NCBI RefSeq assembly: GCF_009834535.1
Contig: NC_045696.1
Span: 102,300,001 to 102,364,000 of the forward strand
Origin: Camelus ferus
Taxonomy: Eukaryota
Reading direction: 5' to 3'
Length of the DNA: 64,000 nt
In this document: piece by piece, positions 62,261 to 64,000 of the stretch
How positions within the stretch are numbered: position 1 is the first letter of the stretch
Layout: each line of letters opens with the position of its first letter
Position numbers and translations under genes: made by a program
The notes under the pieces: model-generated
Database searches by the model: none
Seen by the model: only the letters and a program-made list of their open reading frames with translations
What the model was told of the DNA's origin: nothing

Positions 62261-62849
62261 GCATGAATAGCTGAACAGAGCCCAAGTAAATCTGGGCACA
62301 GAACTGGAAAAAGAGAGAGGAGGGAGTCTCTGGAGAACAAGTGTCAGCCTTTGAAGCAAAGGCCGAAACTCTATTCCCTACACCTCGCGTAATCAGAATT
62401 CTCTCTTATTGGTATTAATTTTATTTCTTGGTTTGGTTACTCGGTGGCTCACGACAGGACAATCTGTCACCAGCTAAGGAGCCTTTAGAGTTTCCTTTCA
62501 ATCACAAATCTGATTTATCTGTATGACAGTCTTTTGTTAGATATCTACACATTTAATTCTTTCAAAATTAAATTTAGTTTTAATATATCCCCTGGGAAAA
62601 AAATAAGCATTTAGTTTACATTTTCTTTAATTTTTTTATTTTAACTGAATTTAGCTTTAAAGCTTCTTCTCTAGAAAAAAAATATGTAAGTATGTCTTTT
62701 AGCTTCTTCTGAAGCCACAGAGATAAATAAGAAATGGTGGTTGCCGTCAAGATGCCGGCATCCTAACGAGGTAGAGACAGCAGCCACCCGTTCACTAGGA
62801 ACTATATTAAAGTTATGAACAGAAAGTCTTGCAGAACCCAGAGGCGGGG

Positions 62850-63210
62850 ATAGTCAGTTCACTCATGAGCTTTAGAGAATCAGAGAAGCCACATACAAGT
62901 AACTTTGAAGCCAGGAGGAGCTGGGCTGAAGATGTGAAAGGCATTCTGGCAATGGAAACAATTCAGGCCAAGGCACAAACCAGGTGCAGGGTGTTTGGAA
63001 AATGGTAAGAGTCTCAGTGCGACTAGACCAGTGAGAAGTAAAACTAGAGAGTTATCGTGTGGACAGATTAGGCTGGACCATGTGTGCCATGGTTTGGAAA
63101 GTGGATTTTATCTTGTTAACGGCAGCAGACCAACACAGCGCGTTGAGCAGAGAGTCACACAGTCCTGTTGGTTATCATGACGAGAACTCGTGGCTGTGCA
63201 GACGGTGGTG
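62850..63210 (-). mobile_element. L2 fragment
   Basis: ggcattctggcaatggaaacaattcaggccaaggcaca..ggattttatcttg. Confidence 0.6.
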
Positions 63211-64000
63211 CGACAGGGAGGACGATGAACTTAAAGTGATTCTGGACAGATGCTCTTGAAAACCCCCACCCGTTTTCTATGCGGATAAAAACGAGGACAG
63301 GAATGTCCTCATTCTTCTTTGAAAAACATTTTGGAACACTCAGTATGCATTTCAAAATACACATGTGTTAAAATATAGAGGTATCATTTCATTAAGAGAT
63401 TGGTTCTTAAGCTTCCCCTAAGAAAAATGATCCAGTGGTGAAATTGTGCGGGTCTCCTAGGACATTTTCCCATTTAAGAGCCAACACAGTCTCTCAGCTC
63501 ATGACCTATCACCGTCAGAAACAGCAGCGCTTCTGACAGAGGTTTTACCTAATCTAACAGAAGATGTTGAATAAAAAATCACTTTCAAAGAAAAGGCTGC
63601 TTTTTGTTCCTGAACTGATAAATTCGAATACCCCTGGGCCTCAGGCCACACTCAGCCTTGGGGTCAGCCACTTGCCAGTGGTAACTGATGCTTTTAAATG
63701 TAGGGGAAGCAGCACAGGAGAGCTAACCTTCTTCCAGTGGAAACAGACACATCCTCAAAGCATTGGCTTTGCCATCCCTTGAAGCTGTTTCCTTGAAATT
63801 TCTTGAAATCCACCGGTGTGTTGAGTTTTACCGACCTGTTGCCTATAAACAGAGCCAGAGCTGATGTCCGGCTTATACCTACAGTCTCCTAAGCAAGTCT
63901 GTCCCTAGTCCTTTATTATGTTTAATAGCTGGAGCAGGAAAGACTGCTTTGTCCCTTTCCTCACTACCCGTTCCCAGCAGCCGCAAACACCCCTTCCCTC

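Larger units (their letters stand above)
1..64000 (+). other. SLC9A9: Intragenic segment of SLC9A9: intron (1-40288), exon, 11.8 kb intron (40341-52183), exon, start of a U12 intron (52264-end)
   Basis: Two in-frame exons match the NHE9 C-terminal tail. No upstream (..LTWLQIR) or downstream (YLKPILTHSGPP..) exon was seen, so the flanking introns extend beyond the window. Exon numbering is inferred from the human model. Confidence 0.9.

Noticed and set aside
1-64000. A novel multi-gene system, CRISPR array, operon or RNA gene
   Set aside because: This is eukaryotic intronic DNA. I saw no spaced repeat array, no long ORF (all under 170 aa) and no recognisable tRNA, snRNA, snoRNA or rRNA gene or NUMT on reading. 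A covariance-model search was not possible.

Overview
Mammalian genomic DNA, most likely camelid: a vic-1-type tRNA-derived SINE lies at ~8985-9135, and the species cannot be resolved. The whole window appears to lie inside the 3' part of SLC9A9 (endosomal Na+/H+ exchanger NHE9) on the + strand. Only two short coding exons are present. The first is 40289-40340 ((R)VGVDLDEDRKEEPSSHQ) and the second is 52184-52263 ([26 protein letters not shown]-). They splice in frame and correspond to exons 13 and 14 of the human model as I recall it. Both donors are non-canonical: a GC-AG donor (CAG|GCAAGT), then a minor-spliceosome U12 donor (|GTATCCTTT). The rest is intron filled with MIR, L2, L1, MaLR/ERV LTRs, DNA-transposon fossils (including a piggyBac/Looper remnant), microsatellites and four N gaps. 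None of the ORF-track entries is a credible independent gene. I found no prokaryote-type system and cannot support a new multi-gene system. The best second-look items are the paired non-canonical splice sites, a ~560 bp captured DNA segment splitting an MLT1 LTR, a ~64 bp target-site-like duplication, a 71 bp duplication bracketing exon 13, and a CpG/TF-motif cluster inside the U12 intron. Repeat names come from recalled consensus sequences, and repeat boundaries are approximate (about +/-20-50 bp) unless a TSD is quoted.
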